NCBI GenBank assembly: GCA_036003325.1 | Contig: DASYSM010000036.1 | Coordinates: forward strand, 1,941 to 65,940 | DNA length: 64,000 nucleotides | Reading direction: 5' to 3' | DNA from: Candidatus Limnocylindrales bacterium | Lineage (GTDB): Bacteria > Chloroflexota > Limnocylindria > Limnocylindrales > CSP1-4 | In this document: positions 21,867 to 32,153 of the stretch, piece by piece | How positions within the stretch are numbered: position 1 is the first letter of the stretch | How the letters are laid out: each line of letters starts with the position of its first letter | The notes under the pieces: generated by a model | Told to the model about the DNA's origin: nothing | Seen by the model: the letters and a program-made list of their open reading frames with translations, nothing else | Databases searched by the model: none | Translations under genes and position numbers: made by a program

Positions 21867-24191
21867 TCAGCCCTCCCAGCCGAGGGCGCGAGCCAGGCCG
21901 TGGTCCCAGGCGTGGCGGAGGTCGCGCAGCAGGACCTCCAGCGCGTCGGCGACCCCGCCGCCGCGGTCCTCGACGGTGCCGGTCGCACCGGCCATCGACA
22001 GCTCGACGACGAGCCGGTCACCACCGACCGTGCCGATGGTCGCGACGGGCAGGCCGTGCTGGCGGGCCAGGAGCTCGAGCGCGGCCGCATAGCGCGGCCG
22101 ACAGGTCACGACCAGGCGCGACGGGCTCTCACCGAACAGGTCCACCGCCGGCGAATGGTCGACCGCGATGCGGACCGTGGCGCCCAGACCGCCCCACATC
22201 GCGCATTCGGCGAGCGCAACGGCGAGACCACCGCCCGAGACGTCCTGCGCCGAGGCCACGAGGCCGCGGGCGATCGCCTCGCGGACGAATGCCTGGAGGG
22301 CGGCTTCGCGCCCGAGGTCGAGCGCCGGCGGGTCGTCCTCGCTCGCGCCGCCCGCCAGCGCGGCATACGCGGACCCGACCAGGCCCGGGACGACCTCGCC
22401 GACGAGCAGGACGGCATCGTGGACGCGATCGAACGCCGGACCGACCAGGGTGTCGATGTCGTCGAGCAGACCGACCACGCCGATCTCGGCCGTCGGGACG
22501 ATGGCCCCGGCCGGCGACTCGTTGTAGAGCGACACGTTGCCGCCGGTGACGGGCAGCCCGAGCGCGCGGCACGCATCGCCGACGCCACGCACCCCCTCGG
22601 ACAGCTGCCAGAACGCGGCCGGCCGGGTCGGGTCGCCGTAGTTGAGGCAGTTGGTCACACCCAGCGGCCGGGCGCCGGTGATCGAGACGTTGCGGGTCGC
22701 CTCGGCGACCGACCACGCGGCGCCGAGCCACGGATCGACCGCGCCGACCGCCTGGTTCCCGTCCGTCGTGGCGACAAGCGCCTTGGTGGTGCCTCGCACG
22801 CGCAGGACGGCTGCGCCGCGACCGGGGCCGGCCACCGTGTCCGCGCCGACCGTCGAGTCGTACTGTTCGAAGACCGCGTGGCGCGACGCCAGGTTGGCGG
22901 AGCCGAGCAGGGCGAGGAGGACCGCGCCGGGATCCATGCCACGCTCCGGGAGCCGGTCGCTGACCCGCGCGGGTGCGCCCGAGACCGGGACGCCCCGGCT
23001 GTGGGTCGGGGCGGCGGCGGTCCGTTGGTGGACGATCGCGTCGCTGGTCAGCGCGCGGGCCGGGATGCGGGCCAGCTCGCGCGCGCCCGGGGCGGCGCGA
23101 CCGTCCGCTTCGAGGCCGCCGGTCACGACCGTGATGTCGCCGTCGGTGGTGACCCGACCGATCACGGCCACCGGCAGGCCCCAACGCTCGCACACCTCGC
23201 GGACCGCGTCCCACTTCGCGGGCAGCACGGCGGCACACATCCGCTCCTGCGACTCGGAGATCATCACCTCGAACGGCTCCAGACCCGGCTCGCGGCGCGG
23301 GATGGCGTCGAGGTCGACGGCGATCCCGGTCCCGGCCCGATCCGCCGTCTCCGACGTGGCGCAGGTGATGCCGCCCGCACCGAGGTCCTGCAGGCCCTCG
23401 ACCAGCCCGCGTTCGATCAGCTCGAGGCTCGCCTCGATGAGCAGCTTCTCGGCGAACGGGTCGCCGACCTGGACCGACGGCCGCTTGGACGGGTCGTCAT
23501 CGGTGAAGGTGGCGCTGGCGAGGACCGACGCGCCGCCGATCCCGTCGCGCCCGGTCGCTGATCCGAACAGCACGACCAGGTTGCCCGGCCCAGGCGCGGC
23601 GGCCAGGGTCAACCGGCGCTCCTCGAGCAGGCCGATGGCCATGACGTTGACCAGCGGGTTGCCGCCGTAGGTCGGGTCGAACACCAGCTCGCCGCCGACC
23701 GTGGGGACGCCGACGCAGTTGCCATAGCCGCCGACGCCGCGGACGACACCGTCGACGAGATGGCGCGTGTGCGCGTCCGCCGGATCGCCGAAGCGGAGCG
23801 CGTCGAGGACGGCGATCGGTCGCGCGCCCATCGTGAAGATGTCGCGCAGGATGCCGCCGACGCCCGTCGCCGCGCCCTGGTACGGCTCGACCGCCGAAGG
23901 GTGGTTGTGCGACTCGATCTTGAATGCGACGGCCAGCCCGTCGCCGATCGAGATGACCCCGGCGTTTTCGCCCGGGCCGGCGACGACACCCTCGCCGGTG
24001 GTCGGGAGCGTGCGCAGCAGCGGCTTCGAGCTCTTGTACGAGCAGTGCTCGCTCCACATGACGCTGAACATCGCGAGCTCGAGGTCGTTCGGGTCGCGTC
24101 CGCCGAGGCGCTCGTGGATCGCTCCGAGCTCCTCGTCCGTCACGCCCAGGCGGCGATGGAGGGGCTCGACCGGTCGCTCGGCCACGGTCAT
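21867..24191 (-). CDS. purL: Phosphoribosylformylglycinamidine synthase subunit PurL (FGAM synthase II)
   Basis: 774 aa with [10 protein letters not shown] and ESHNHPS. The start overlaps the purQ stop as ATGA. Confidence 0.95.
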   Translation of the reverse strand: MTVAERPVEPLHRRLGVTDEELGAIHERLGGRDPNDLELAMFSVMWSEHCSYKSSKPLLRTLPTTGEGVVAGPGENAGVISIGDGLAVAFKIESHNHPSAVEPYQGAATGVGGILRDIFTMGARPIAVLDALRFGDPADAHTRHLVDGVVRGVGGYGNCVGVPTVGGELVFDPTYGGNPLVNVMAIGLLEERRLTLAAAPGPGNLVVLFGSATGRDGIGGASVLASATFTDDDPSKRPSVQVGDPFAEKLLIEASLELIERGLVEGLQDLGAGGITCATSETADRAGTGIAVDLDAIPRREPGLEPFEVMISESQERMCAAVLPAKWDAVREVCERWGLPVAVIGRVTTDGDITVVTGGLEADGRAAPGARELARIPARALTSDAIVHQRTAAAPTHSRGVPVSGAPARVSDRLPERGMDPGAVLLALLGSANLASRHAVFEQYDSTVGADTVAGPGRGAAVLRVRGTTKALVATTDGNQAVGAVDPWLGAAWSVAEATRNVSITGARPLGVTNCLNYGDPTRPAAFWQLSEGVRGVGDACRALGLPVTGGNVSLYNESPAGAIVPTAEIGVVGLLDDIDTLVGPAFDRVHDAVLLVGEVVPGLVGSAYAALAGGASEDDPPALDLGREAALQAFVREAIARGLVASAQDVSGGGLAVALAECAMWGGLGATVRIAVDHSPAVDLFGESPSRLVVTCRPRYAAALELLARQHGLPVATIGTVGGDRLVVELSMAGATGTVEDRGGGVADALEVLLRDLRHAWDHGLARALGWEG

Positions 24192-24928
24192 CGCGACCCT
24201 GCGGCCACGGCCGACCGATTGGCGGCGCGCGCCGCGCTGTCGACCAGCGAGCGGACGATCCCGAAGCCGTCGTCCGAGCCGAGGACGGTCTCGGACGCCC
24301 GCTCCGGATGCGGCATCAGGCCGGCGACGTTGCCGGCCCGGTTCGAGACCCCGGCGATCGCCCGCAGGGAGCCGTTCGGGTTGGCCGCATCACCCGGCAG
24401 AGCGGCCGCCCCGGAGGGATCGACGTATCGGAACAGCACCTGCCCGTCCCGCTCGAGCGCATCGAGCGTGGCGTCGTCGGCGTAGTACAGCCCCTCGCCG
24501 TGCGCCACCGGCATCCGCAGCGGCCGGCGCGCGTCGAGGGCGTGCGTGAACGGCGTGTCGAGCCGCTCTGCGGCGATCCGGACGTCGTGGCCAGCGAAGC
24601 GCAGGGTGTCGTTTCGCAAGAGGGCCCCGGGGACGAGCCCCGCCTCGGCCAGCACCTGGAAGCCGTTGCAGATCCCGAGCACGAGGCCACCGTCGGCCGC
24701 GAACGCCGCCACCGAGCGCATGACCGGGCTGAACCGGGCGATCACCCCGGCCCGCAGGTAGTCGCCATACGCGAACCCGCCGGGCAGCACCACTGCCGCG
24801 GCGCCGTCGAGCGAGGCCTGCTCGTGCCACAGGACGACCGGCTCGGCGCCGGCCAGCTCGAGCGCATGGACCGTGTCGCGGTCGCAGTTGCTGCCCGGGA
24901 AGACGACGACGCCGATGCGGACCGGCAC
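24188..24928 (-). CDS. purQ: Phosphoribosylformylglycinamidine synthase glutaminase subunit PurQ
   Basis: The 514-aa track ORF was trimmed to the GTG at 24928, 2 nt after the purS stop. The sequence includes [21 protein letters not shown] and MPHPER. Confidence 0.9.
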   Translation of the reverse strand: MPVRIGVVVFPGSNCDRDTVHALELAGAEPVVLWHEQASLDGAAAVVLPGGFAYGDYLRAGVIARFSPVMRSVAAFAADGGLVLGICNGFQVLAEAGLVPGALLRNDTLRFAGHDVRIAAERLDTPFTHALDARRPLRMPVAHGEGLYYADDATLDALERDGQVLFRYVDPSGAAALPGDAANPNGSLRAIAGVSNRAGNVAGLMPHPERASETVLGSDDGFGIVRSLVDSAARAANRSAVAAGSR

Positions 24929-24930
24929 GC

Positions 24931-25221
24931 TCAGCCTTCCCCCGCCCCGGCCCCGACCGCGGGCGACGCTGCTCCGAGCGGCTCGATGGCGAAGACCTCG
25001 ATGAGCGGGTTCGACAGCAGCTCGGCGGCGAGTCGCTCGACCATCGGCCGCGCCGCCGTCTCGTCGCCGGCCTCGACGGTCAGCTCGACCCGGCGCCCGA
25101 CGCGGACGTCGTGGATCCCCTCGAGTCCGAGGTGGCCGAGCGACCCCTCGACGGCGCGCCCGGCCGGATCGAGGATCCCGGGCTTCGGCGTGACGTTGAC
25201 GGCATAGCGGAAGCTGGTCAT
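24931..25221 (-). CDS. purS: Phosphoribosylformylglycinamidine synthase subunit PurS
   Basis: 96 aa from the ATG at 25221, which overlaps the purC stop as ATGA. Begins MTSFRYAVNVTPKPGILDPAGRAVEGSL. Confidence 0.85.
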   Translation of the reverse strand: MTSFRYAVNVTPKPGILDPAGRAVEGSLGHLGLEGIHDVRVGRRVELTVEAGDETAARPMVERLAAELLSNPLIEVFAIEPLGAASPAVGAGAGEG

Positions 25222-26105
25222 GGGGCGATGACGTCCTCCTCGAGATAGCGCGCGAAGCTCGCGCCGGTGATCCGCTCGTAGGCCTCGATGTAGCGCGCCC
25301 GGGTGCCCTCGACGACGTCGGCCGGCAGCTCCGGCCCCGGGTCGGTCTTGTCCCACGGCTGGGTCTCCAGCCAGTCGCGCACGAACTGCTTGTCGAAGCT
25401 GGCCTGCGGACGGCCGGGCTCGTAGGTCGAAGCATCCCAGAACCGCGAGGAGTCCGGCGTGAGCGCTTCGTCGATGAGCAGCAGCTCGCCTGTCTCGCGG
25501 TCGATCCCGAACTCGAACTTGGTGTCGGCCAGCAGGATCCCGACCGATGCCGTCCTGGCCGCTGCGTAGCGGTACAGCTCGAGGGCATGTGCCCGCACCC
25601 GGGCCGCGAGATCGCCGCCGACGAGGCCGGCCATCGTCTCGAAGGCGATGTTCTCGTCGTGCTCGCCCTGGTCGGCCTTGGTCGCGGGCGTGAAGATCGG
25701 CTCGGGCAGACGGTCGCTCTCGCGGAGACCACTCGGGAGGTCGACCCCGCAGACCGTGCCGCTCGCCCGGTATTCCTTCCAGCCCGACCCGGCGAGATAG
25801 CCGCGCACGACGGCCTCGATCGGGATGACGTCTGTCGGGCGGCAGACCATCACCCTCCCCCGACGCTCGTCCTCGAACGGCCGCCCGGGCGCGACCAGGT
25901 GGTTGGGCACGATCCCGGCGGTCGCCTCGAACCAGAACCGCGACAGACCGGTCAGGACCTTGCCCTTGTCGGGGATCGGCGTCGGCAGCACGACGTCGAA
26001 GGCGGAGATCCGGTCCGACGCGACGAGTGCCAGCCGACCGTCCGGCAGCGCGTACAGGTCGCGCACCTTGCCCGAGCGCAGGAATGCGTCAGCGGCCAGC
26101 ACCAT
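25218..26105 (-). CDS. purC: Phosphoribosylaminoimidazole-succinocarboxamide synthase
   Basis: Trimmed to the ATG at 26105, with GGAGG upstream. The sequence includes GKVRDLY, SDRISAFD, LADTKFEFG and DSSRFW. The purB 3' end overlaps the start by 17 nt. Confidence 0.9.
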   Translation of the reverse strand: MVLAADAFLRSGKVRDLYALPDGRLALVASDRISAFDVVLPTPIPDKGKVLTGLSRFWFEATAGIVPNHLVAPGRPFEDERRGRVMVCRPTDVIPIEAVVRGYLAGSGWKEYRASGTVCGVDLPSGLRESDRLPEPIFTPATKADQGEHDENIAFETMAGLVGGDLAARVRAHALELYRYAAARTASVGILLADTKFEFGIDRETGELLLIDEALTPDSSRFWDASTYEPGRPQASFDKQFVRDWLETQPWDKTDPGPELPADVVEGTRARYIEAYERITGASFARYLEEDVIAP

Positions 26106-27450
26106 CGTGGACCTCCATCGGCTGTGGTGGCGGCTGGACGCCGAGCCGCTCGGCCAGGCGGTCCAGTCGGGAGATGACCTCGGGGACGTGCTCCAGGAAC
26201 GACGCGTCATCGAAGCAGGCATCGAGACGCGCCAGCGACAGCCGCTGCGCCACGGTCGGATCGACGGCCAGCAGGTCGCGCAGCGGGGCGCCTTCGTCCG
26301 CGGCGCGCAGTGACGCCCGCTGGACGATGGCGTAGGCGTCCTCGCGGCTCATCGACGCCTCGTCGACGAGGGCGATGAGGACGCGTGACGAGGCGTGGAG
26401 ACCGAGGCCGCGGGCGATGTTCTCGCGCATCCGCTCGGAGCGGACGATGAGACCGTCCACGAGGCCGGTCGCCTTGACCAGCATGTAGTCGAGCACGATC
26501 GTCGCGTCGGGCAGGATCACCCGCTCCGCGCTCGAGTGGCTGATGTCGCGCTCGTGCCACAGCGGCTGGTCCTCGAGCGCGGTGTGGGCGTAGCCGCGAA
26601 GCAGCCGGGCCAGGCCGGCGATCCGCTCGGACAGGATCGGGTTGCGCTTGTGGGGCATCGCCGACGAGCCCTTCTGGCCCACCTTGAACGGCTCCTGGAC
26701 CTCGCCGATCTCGGTGTGCTGGAGATTGCGGATCTCGGTCGCGAAGCGCTCCAGCGAGCCGCCGACGATGGCGATCGCGGTCAGCAGCGCGGCGTGCCGG
26801 TCGCGCTGGACGATCTGCGTGCTGACCGGGTCGACGTGGAGACCGAGCGCGCCCAGGACCTCGGCCTCGATCGCCGGCTCCAGGTGGCTATACGTCCCGA
26901 CCGGCCCGGAGATCTTGCCCGTCCCGATCTCGTCGACCGCTGCCGCCAGGCGAACGTGCCCCCGCTCGACCTCGAACGCCCAGCCGGCGAGCTTGAGCCC
27001 GAACGTCGTCGGCTCGGCGTGGACCGAGTGGGTCCGGCCCATCATCACGGTCGTCGCCTCGGCGCGTGCTCGGGTCACGAGGACCGCCAGCAGACGGTCC
27101 AGATCGAGCAGCAGGCGCTCCCCGGCGGCGCGGAGCTGGAGCGCCAGCCCGGTGTCGACGACATCGCTGCTCGTCAATCCGAGGTGCAGGTAGCGACCGT
27201 CGGGCCCGACCGCCTCGGCGACCTGGCTGACGAAGGCGATGATGTCGTGATCGGTCGTGCGCTCGATCTCGGCGATGCGGGCGACGTCGACGCGCGACTT
27301 CGTCTCGAGCGCGACCAGCGCCTCGGCCGGGATCTGCCCGCGCGCGGCCTGCGCGCGCGCGACGGCCAGCTCGACCCGAAGCATCGCCTCGAAGCGAGCC
27401 GTGTCCGACCAGATGGCGCCCATCTCCGGGAGCGTGTAGCGCGGGATCAC
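26089..27450 (-). CDS. purB: Adenylosuccinate lyase
   Basis: 453 aa with the fumarate-lyase signature ([11 protein letters not shown]). The GTG start overlaps the purD stop as GTGA. Confidence 0.93.
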   Translation of the reverse strand: MIPRYTLPEMGAIWSDTARFEAMLRVELAVARAQAARGQIPAEALVALETKSRVDVARIAEIERTTDHDIIAFVSQVAEAVGPDGRYLHLGLTSSDVVDTGLALQLRAAGERLLLDLDRLLAVLVTRARAEATTVMMGRTHSVHAEPTTFGLKLAGWAFEVERGHVRLAAAVDEIGTGKISGPVGTYSHLEPAIEAEVLGALGLHVDPVSTQIVQRDRHAALLTAIAIVGGSLERFATEIRNLQHTEIGEVQEPFKVGQKGSSAMPHKRNPILSERIAGLARLLRGYAHTALEDQPLWHERDISHSSAERVILPDATIVLDYMLVKATGLVDGLIVRSERMRENIARGLGLHASSRVLIALVDEASMSREDAYAIVQRASLRAADEGAPLRDLLAVDPTVAQRLSLARLDACFDDASFLEHVPEVISRLDRLAERLGVQPPPQPMEVHDGAGR

Positions 27451-28814
27451 CGGACGGCCGCCGCGGCGTGCCCGGATCGCGTCGCATCCGCGTGGATGAC
27501 CCCGATGTCGGTCCGGTGCTGCAGACCGGGGGCGTGGATCCGATCAGCGGCGGCCGCGGCCGACGCGCGCGCAGCCTCGACATCCGGACCACGTCCGACG
27601 ATGGTCAGGACGCGGCCGCCGGCGGTCCGGATCGTGCCGTCGGGGTCGAACGCGGTCCCGGCATGGAAGACGAGAGCGCCCATGGACGCCGCGTCGGCCA
27701 ACCCGTCGATCCGGTCGCCGCGATGGGGCGCGTCCGGGTAGCCGGCCGCCGCCAGCACGATCGCCACGGCCGCCCCGGGCAGGGTCGGAACGCGCGCCGG
27801 CCGGTCCCACGCGGCCCCGATCTTGATGGGTCCGAGGTCGCCACGGGCACATGCCAGCAGGATCGGCCCGAGCGCGACGGCCAGCCGCGGCAGGGTCGCC
27901 TGCGTCTCGGGATCACCGAACCGGGCGTTGCATTCGAGCAGGACCGGCCCGTCCTCGGTCAGCATCAGCCCCGCGTACAGGGCGCCGCGGAACGGCGTGC
28001 CGCGTCGGGCCAGCTCGGCCAGGATGGGCCGGTGGAAGGCGGCCAGCAGCTCGTCCGCCGCCGCGTCGGGCAGGTCGGGCAACGGGCTCGAGGCGCCCAT
28101 CCCGCCGGTGTTCGGACCGCGCTCGCCGTCGAGCAGCCGCTTGTGGTCACGCGCGAGCGGGAGCGCCACGGCATCGCGACCGTCACACAGCGCGATCAGA
28201 CTCGCCTCCCGGCCGCGGAGGCGCTCCTCGACGACGACCCACGGTCCGCCCACCGTCGATGGCTCCGCGCCGGCCCCGGCGGCCAGCTGGTCGATGGCCC
28301 GCTCGGCCTCGGCCGCGCTGTCACACACGATGACGCCCTTGCCCGCTGCCAGGCCGTCCGCCTTGATCACGACACCACGCCCCTCGGCGGCCAGCTCGGC
28401 CGCGAACGCGGCGGCGGCGCGGGCATCGTCGAAGGCGGCCGAACGCGCCATCGGCACCCCGGCCGCCCGGGCGACCTCGTGGCAGAACGCCTTGCTCGAT
28501 TCGATCCGGGCGGCCGCCTGCGACGGCCCGAAGACCGCGAACCCGGCGTCCCGCAGGGAATCGGCCACACCAGCCGCCAGGGGCGCCTCCGGGCCGACCA
28601 CGACCAGCTCGGCGGCCTCGCGACGGGCGACCGCGACGACCGCCGCCGGATCGAGCGGATCCACGCCCGTGACGGAGCGGACGCGCGGCTCGGCCGCGAT
28701 CGCGGCACTCCCCGGCGCCACGACCACCTCGTTGACGCCCGGCTCCCCGGCCAGCTTCCAGGCGAGGGCATGCTCGCGCGCGCCACCACCCACGACCACG
28801 ATCCGGGTCGGCAT
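27447..28814 (-). CDS. purD: Phosphoribosylamine--glycine ligase
   Basis: The 884-aa track ORF was trimmed to the ATG at 28814. The sequence includes MPTRIVVVGGGAREHALAWKL, the ATP-grasp motifs, and ECNARFGDPE. Confidence 0.92.
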   Translation of the reverse strand: MPTRIVVVGGGAREHALAWKLAGEPGVNEVVVAPGSAAIAAEPRVRSVTGVDPLDPAAVVAVARREAAELVVVGPEAPLAAGVADSLRDAGFAVFGPSQAAARIESSKAFCHEVARAAGVPMARSAAFDDARAAAAFAAELAAEGRGVVIKADGLAAGKGVIVCDSAAEAERAIDQLAAGAGAEPSTVGGPWVVVEERLRGREASLIALCDGRDAVALPLARDHKRLLDGERGPNTGGMGASSPLPDLPDAAADELLAAFHRPILAELARRGTPFRGALYAGLMLTEDGPVLLECNARFGDPETQATLPRLAVALGPILLACARGDLGPIKIGAAWDRPARVPTLPGAAVAIVLAAAGYPDAPHRGDRIDGLADAASMGALVFHAGTAFDPDGTIRTAGGRVLTIVGRGPDVEAARASAAAAADRIHAPGLQHRTDIGVIHADATRSGHAAAAVR

Positions 28815-28822
28815 CACGAGGC

Positions 28823-30130
28823 TCACGCCGACAGCCCCGGCCGGTGACGCATCGGTCGCCACGCCCGTTCGATCGTCTGGGTGCGCTCGGGGCCGACCGA
28901 CACGAGGACGATCGGCACCCCGGCGTGCGCCTCGATGGCGGACACATAGCGCCGGGCGTTCTCGGGCAGGTCGGCCAGTGAGCGGATGTCGTGGATCGGC
29001 TGCTCCCAGCCCGCGAACGATTCGTAGACCGGCGTCGCGCGCGACAGGGCCGCCCCACTCGACGGCCAGACCTCGACCCGCCGGCCATCGATCTCGTAGG
29101 CGACGCAGACCTCGATGGTCTCGATGCCCGACAGGATGTCGAGCTTGTTGAGCATGATGCTGCTGACGCTGTTGACGGCCACCGCATAGCGCAGCGGCAC
29201 CGCATCGAACCAGCCGATGCGCCGTGGCCGCCCGGTGACGGTCCCGACCTCGTGGCCGCGCTCGGCGATCCCCGCGCCGATCTCGTCGTGCAGCTCGGTC
29301 GGGTACGGCCCCGAGCCGACCCGTGTCGAGTAGGCCTTCATGACGCCGATGACCTCGTCGACCTGGAGCGGACCGATGCCGCCGCCGGTGCATGCGCCAC
29401 CGGCCACCGGGTTCGACGAGGTGACGTACGGATAGCTGCCATGGTCGAGGTCCAGCAGGGTGCCCTGGGCGCCCTCGAGGAGCACGTGCTCGCCGCGCGC
29501 CAGCGCCGCCTGGACGAGCCAGGTCGTGTCGTCGAGGTGGTCGCGCAGCCGGTCGCCCCAGCCCAGCGCGTCGTCGAGCAGCGCCTCGACCTCGAAGGTC
29601 GGAGAACCCATCGCCGACAGGACGAGGTTCTTGTCGGGGAGCGCGCGCTCGATCCGCTCCCGCAGGACCGCCGCGTCGAGCAGGTCCTCCATGCGCAGGC
29701 CGAGCCGCCACGCCCGGTCGCCGTAGGTCGGCCCGATGCCACGCCCGGTCGTGCCGACCTTCGCCCCGCCGAGGCGGGTTTCGTTGCCCGCGTCGAGCGC
29801 GAGGTGGTAGGGCATGATCACGTGCGCGCTGCGGCTGACCCGGACGCGCGACACGTCGATGCCACGCGAGGCCAGCATGTCGAGCTCGCCGATCAGCGTG
29901 ACGGGATTGACGACCACGCCGTTGCCGATGACCGAGGTGATGTGCGGGTACAGCACGCCCGACGGCGTCAGGCGGAGCTTGAACACCTCGTCGCCGCTGA
30001 CGACCGTGTGGCCGGCGTTGTCGCCGCCCTGGTAGCGCACGACCATCGCCACCTGCTCGGCCAGGAAGTCGGTCGTCTTGCCCTTGCCCTCGTCGCCCCA
30101 CTGCAGACCGACGATGACGGTGGCCGGCAT
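28823..30130 (-). CDS. purA: Adenylosuccinate synthetase
   Basis: The 621-aa track ORF was trimmed to the ATG at 30130. The sequence includes MPATVIVGLQWGDEGKGK, GTTGRGIGP and KLDIL. Confidence 0.93.
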   Translation of the reverse strand: MPATVIVGLQWGDEGKGKTTDFLAEQVAMVVRYQGGDNAGHTVVSGDEVFKLRLTPSGVLYPHITSVIGNGVVVNPVTLIGELDMLASRGIDVSRVRVSRSAHVIMPYHLALDAGNETRLGGAKVGTTGRGIGPTYGDRAWRLGLRMEDLLDAAVLRERIERALPDKNLVLSAMGSPTFEVEALLDDALGWGDRLRDHLDDTTWLVQAALARGEHVLLEGAQGTLLDLDHGSYPYVTSSNPVAGGACTGGGIGPLQVDEVIGVMKAYSTRVGSGPYPTELHDEIGAGIAERGHEVGTVTGRPRRIGWFDAVPLRYAVAVNSVSSIMLNKLDILSGIETIEVCVAYEIDGRRVEVWPSSGAALSRATPVYESFAGWEQPIHDIRSLADLPENARRYVSAIEAHAGVPIVLVSVGPERTQTIERAWRPMRHRPGLSA

Positions 30131-30143
30131 CAGCGAGCCGCCC

Positions 30144-30178
30144 GAGAAACGACGAAACCCAGACCTGACCGGTCTGGG
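30144..30178 (-). promoter_or_regulatory. Terminator-like hairpin plus U-rich tract in the purA 5' leader (candidate attenuator or expression platform)
   Basis: The minus strand reads CCCAGACC-ggtca-GGTCTGGG (8-bp stem, 30158-30178) followed by TTTCGTCGTTTCTC. This ends 14 nt before the purA ATG. There is no upstream co-directional gene for it to terminate. Confidence 0.35.
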
Positions 30179-30311
30179 CTGTGGATAGACTGCTCCCGCG
30201 GTGCGGTGGGCCGGTCGCTCGGACGTCTCACGGGACGGCCGATGCGCCACGAAAGCGCGATCGCTGACCTCCTGGTTCGCGGGGACACCGCTCGTGACGG
30301 GAACCGGGCCG

Positions 30312-30320
30312 AGTATAGCA
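30312..30320 (-). promoter_or_regulatory. Candidate extended -10 promoter element for the pur block
   Basis: The minus strand reads TGCTATACT (TGn + TATACT), about 180 nt upstream of the purA ATG. No convincing -35 was seen. Confidence 0.3.
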
Positions 30321-30467
30321 GGCGGACCCTCGCCGGACCGACCGATCAGGGGCCTCGGGCTGCTCGTGCTGGAGCCCCGACGCACCATCGTCCGCGTACT
30401 TCCGGACCACGCCTGTCGGTACGTCCGGTCGGTCCGAGACGGCCGTCCCGGCACGTAGCCTTCGGAT

Positions 30468-32153
30468 GTGACACGCCTGCTGGGGGTACTGGCGATCGCG
30501 GCTCCGGTCGCTGTCGCCCTCCTGATCCTGACGAACCCGGGGCTCACCTCGTCGTGGGTGGACGGCGGCGATCGCGCCGAGGCTGCCGCGGCGACCGCGG
30601 TGCTGATGGGCATCGCACTGACCGCGACGTTGTCGTGGCTCATCGTCCGCATCCGGTTCGGGCGGCTGGTCAGGGCCGCCGAGCGCATCGCCGGAGGCGA
30701 CTACACGATCACCGTCCCGAGCGACGGCGGCGGTCTCGAGGCGCGACTCGCGGCGGCCATCAACGGCATCTCGACCGCTCTGGCCGACACCTACGATCGC
30801 GCGACCGTCGACCGCCTGACCGGCGTGGTCAACCGCCAGGCGCTGCTGGCCGCCCTGTTCGCCGAGGTCGAGCGGGCATCCCGATACGAGCGACCGCTGT
30901 GCGTCGCATTCGTGGACATCGACCACTTCAAGGCGGTCAACGACACCTACGGACACGCCAGTGGTGACGTCGTCCTCCGTGGCGTCGCGCAGACGATCGC
31001 CGAGAACCTGCGGGCGAGCGACCTCATCGGCCGGTACGGTGGCGAGGAGTTCATGCTCATCCTGACCGAGACGAACGTCGAGGACGGGGCGGCCCTCAGC
31101 GAGAAGCTGCGCAAGCTCGTCGAGCGCTGCCGTTTCAGCGTCGACGGCAACCCCGAGCTGTCGGTGACCATCTCGATCGGCATCGTCGGTGGGGCGGGTC
31201 AGCAGCTCCGGATGGAGACGCTCGTGCGTGACGCCGATGCGGCGATGTACTCGGCCAAGTCACTCGGGCGGAACCAGACCTACATCTTCGAGGAGCCGGA
31301 CGAGGACGCGCGCGTCCCGCGGGCACCCATCTCGGACATCGGCCGGGCGCGAGCGATGGAGATCGGCCGTCGCGCCCGCGATGCCGCCACCGACACGCTG
31401 ACCGCGTTCATCGCGCCGCTGCCCCACTACCGCGGCCAGCCGTCCGCGCTGATCGCGGGGATCGTGGTCGACATGGCGCGCCAGCTGCAGCTCCCCGAGG
31501 CCGAGGTGGACCGCATCAAGGTCGCCGCCCTGCTCCACGACGTGGGCAAGGTCGCGGTGCCCGATGAGATCCTCGACAAGCCGGCGCCGCTGACGTCGGC
31601 CGAATGGCGCACCGTCGTCCAGCACCCGCGGATCGGCCAGGTCATCCTCGAGTACGCAGCCGCGCTCAAGGAGGCGGTCCCGATCATCCTCCACCACCAC
31701 GAGCGCTACGGCGGCCACGGCTATCCCTACGGGCTTCGGGCCAACGAGATCCCGCTCGGAGCGCGGATCGTGGCCATCGCCGACGCCTACGACGCGATGA
31801 TCCACGACCGTCCGTACAAGCAGGCGATGTCGCACGATTCGGCCATCCTCGAGCTCAAGGAGCATGCCGGGACACAGTTCGACCCGGAGCTCGTGACGCT
31901 CTTCTGCGACCTGTACGCGAACAACGCGCCGCTCCCCGACAAGACGGTCCTGGCGATGACCGATCCGCCGATCAGCCAGCCACGTCGCGAGCGCCGGACG
32001 AGCTTCGATGCGGCCTCGACCGCGACGCTGGCCTCGGACGCCGAGGGGCTCGTCGACCTTGGCCCGACCGGGACGGTCGGTCCGACCGCCAAGGGACGCC
32101 GCAGCGCGGGCCCCGGCACGCCACCCGACCACCGCGGGATCGCGACCGGCTGA
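30468..32153 (+). CDS. Membrane-anchored HAMP / GGDEF diguanylate cyclase / HD-GYP phosphodiesterase fusion protein
   Basis: 561 aa. Two TM segments and a HAMP-like linker come first. The GGDEF domain has an intact GGEEF and the DxLT motif (DRLTGVVNRQ). The HD-GYP domain has HDVGK and HHHERYGGHGYPYG. GTG start. Confidence 0.85.
   Translation: MTRLLGVLAIAAPVAVALLILTNPGLTSSWVDGGDRAEAAAATAVLMGIALTATLSWLIVRIRFGRLVRAAERIAGGDYTITVPSDGGGLEARLAAAINGISTALADTYDRATVDRLTGVVNRQALLAALFAEVERASRYERPLCVAFVDIDHFKAVNDTYGHASGDVVLRGVAQTIAENLRASDLIGRYGGEEFMLILTETNVEDGAALSEKLRKLVERCRFSVDGNPELSVTISIGIVGGAGQQLRMETLVRDADAAMYSAKSLGRNQTYIFEEPDEDARVPRAPISDIGRARAMEIGRRARDAATDTLTAFIAPLPHYRGQPSALIAGIVVDMARQLQLPEAEVDRIKVAALLHDVGKVAVPDEILDKPAPLTSAEWRTVVQHPRIGQVILEYAAALKEAVPIILHHHERYGGHGYPYGLRANEIPLGARIVAIADAYDAMIHDRPYKQAMSHDSAILELKEHAGTQFDPELVTLFCDLYANNAPLPDKTVLAMTDPPISQPRRERRTSFDAASTATLASDAEGLVDLGPTGTVGPTAKGRRSAGPGTPPDHRGIATG

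Noticed and set aside
30178-30188. The 11-mer GCTGTGGATAG is shared between the purA/GGDEF intergenic region (30178-30188, plus strand) and the Opp-2 promoter region (52090-52100, minus strand).
   Set aside because: A single shared 11-mer is expected many times by chance in 64 kb read on both strands, and no flanking similarity was seen. It is not treated as a regulatory motif.
30131-30467. Possible known riboswitch (purine, ZTP/pfl, or PRPP/ppGpp of the ykkC type) in the purA/GGDEF intergenic region.
   Set aside because: I saw fragments such as TCGTGAC and GGTCCGGCGAGGGTCCG. I could not assemble the conserved cores of any of these classes on either strand: no CCGCCTGGGC, no GGGTTCCG..GGTCCGAGAG..CCCGGGAG, and no purine-riboswitch junction. 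The region is reported only as an unclassified structured leader, and a covariance-model scan is needed.
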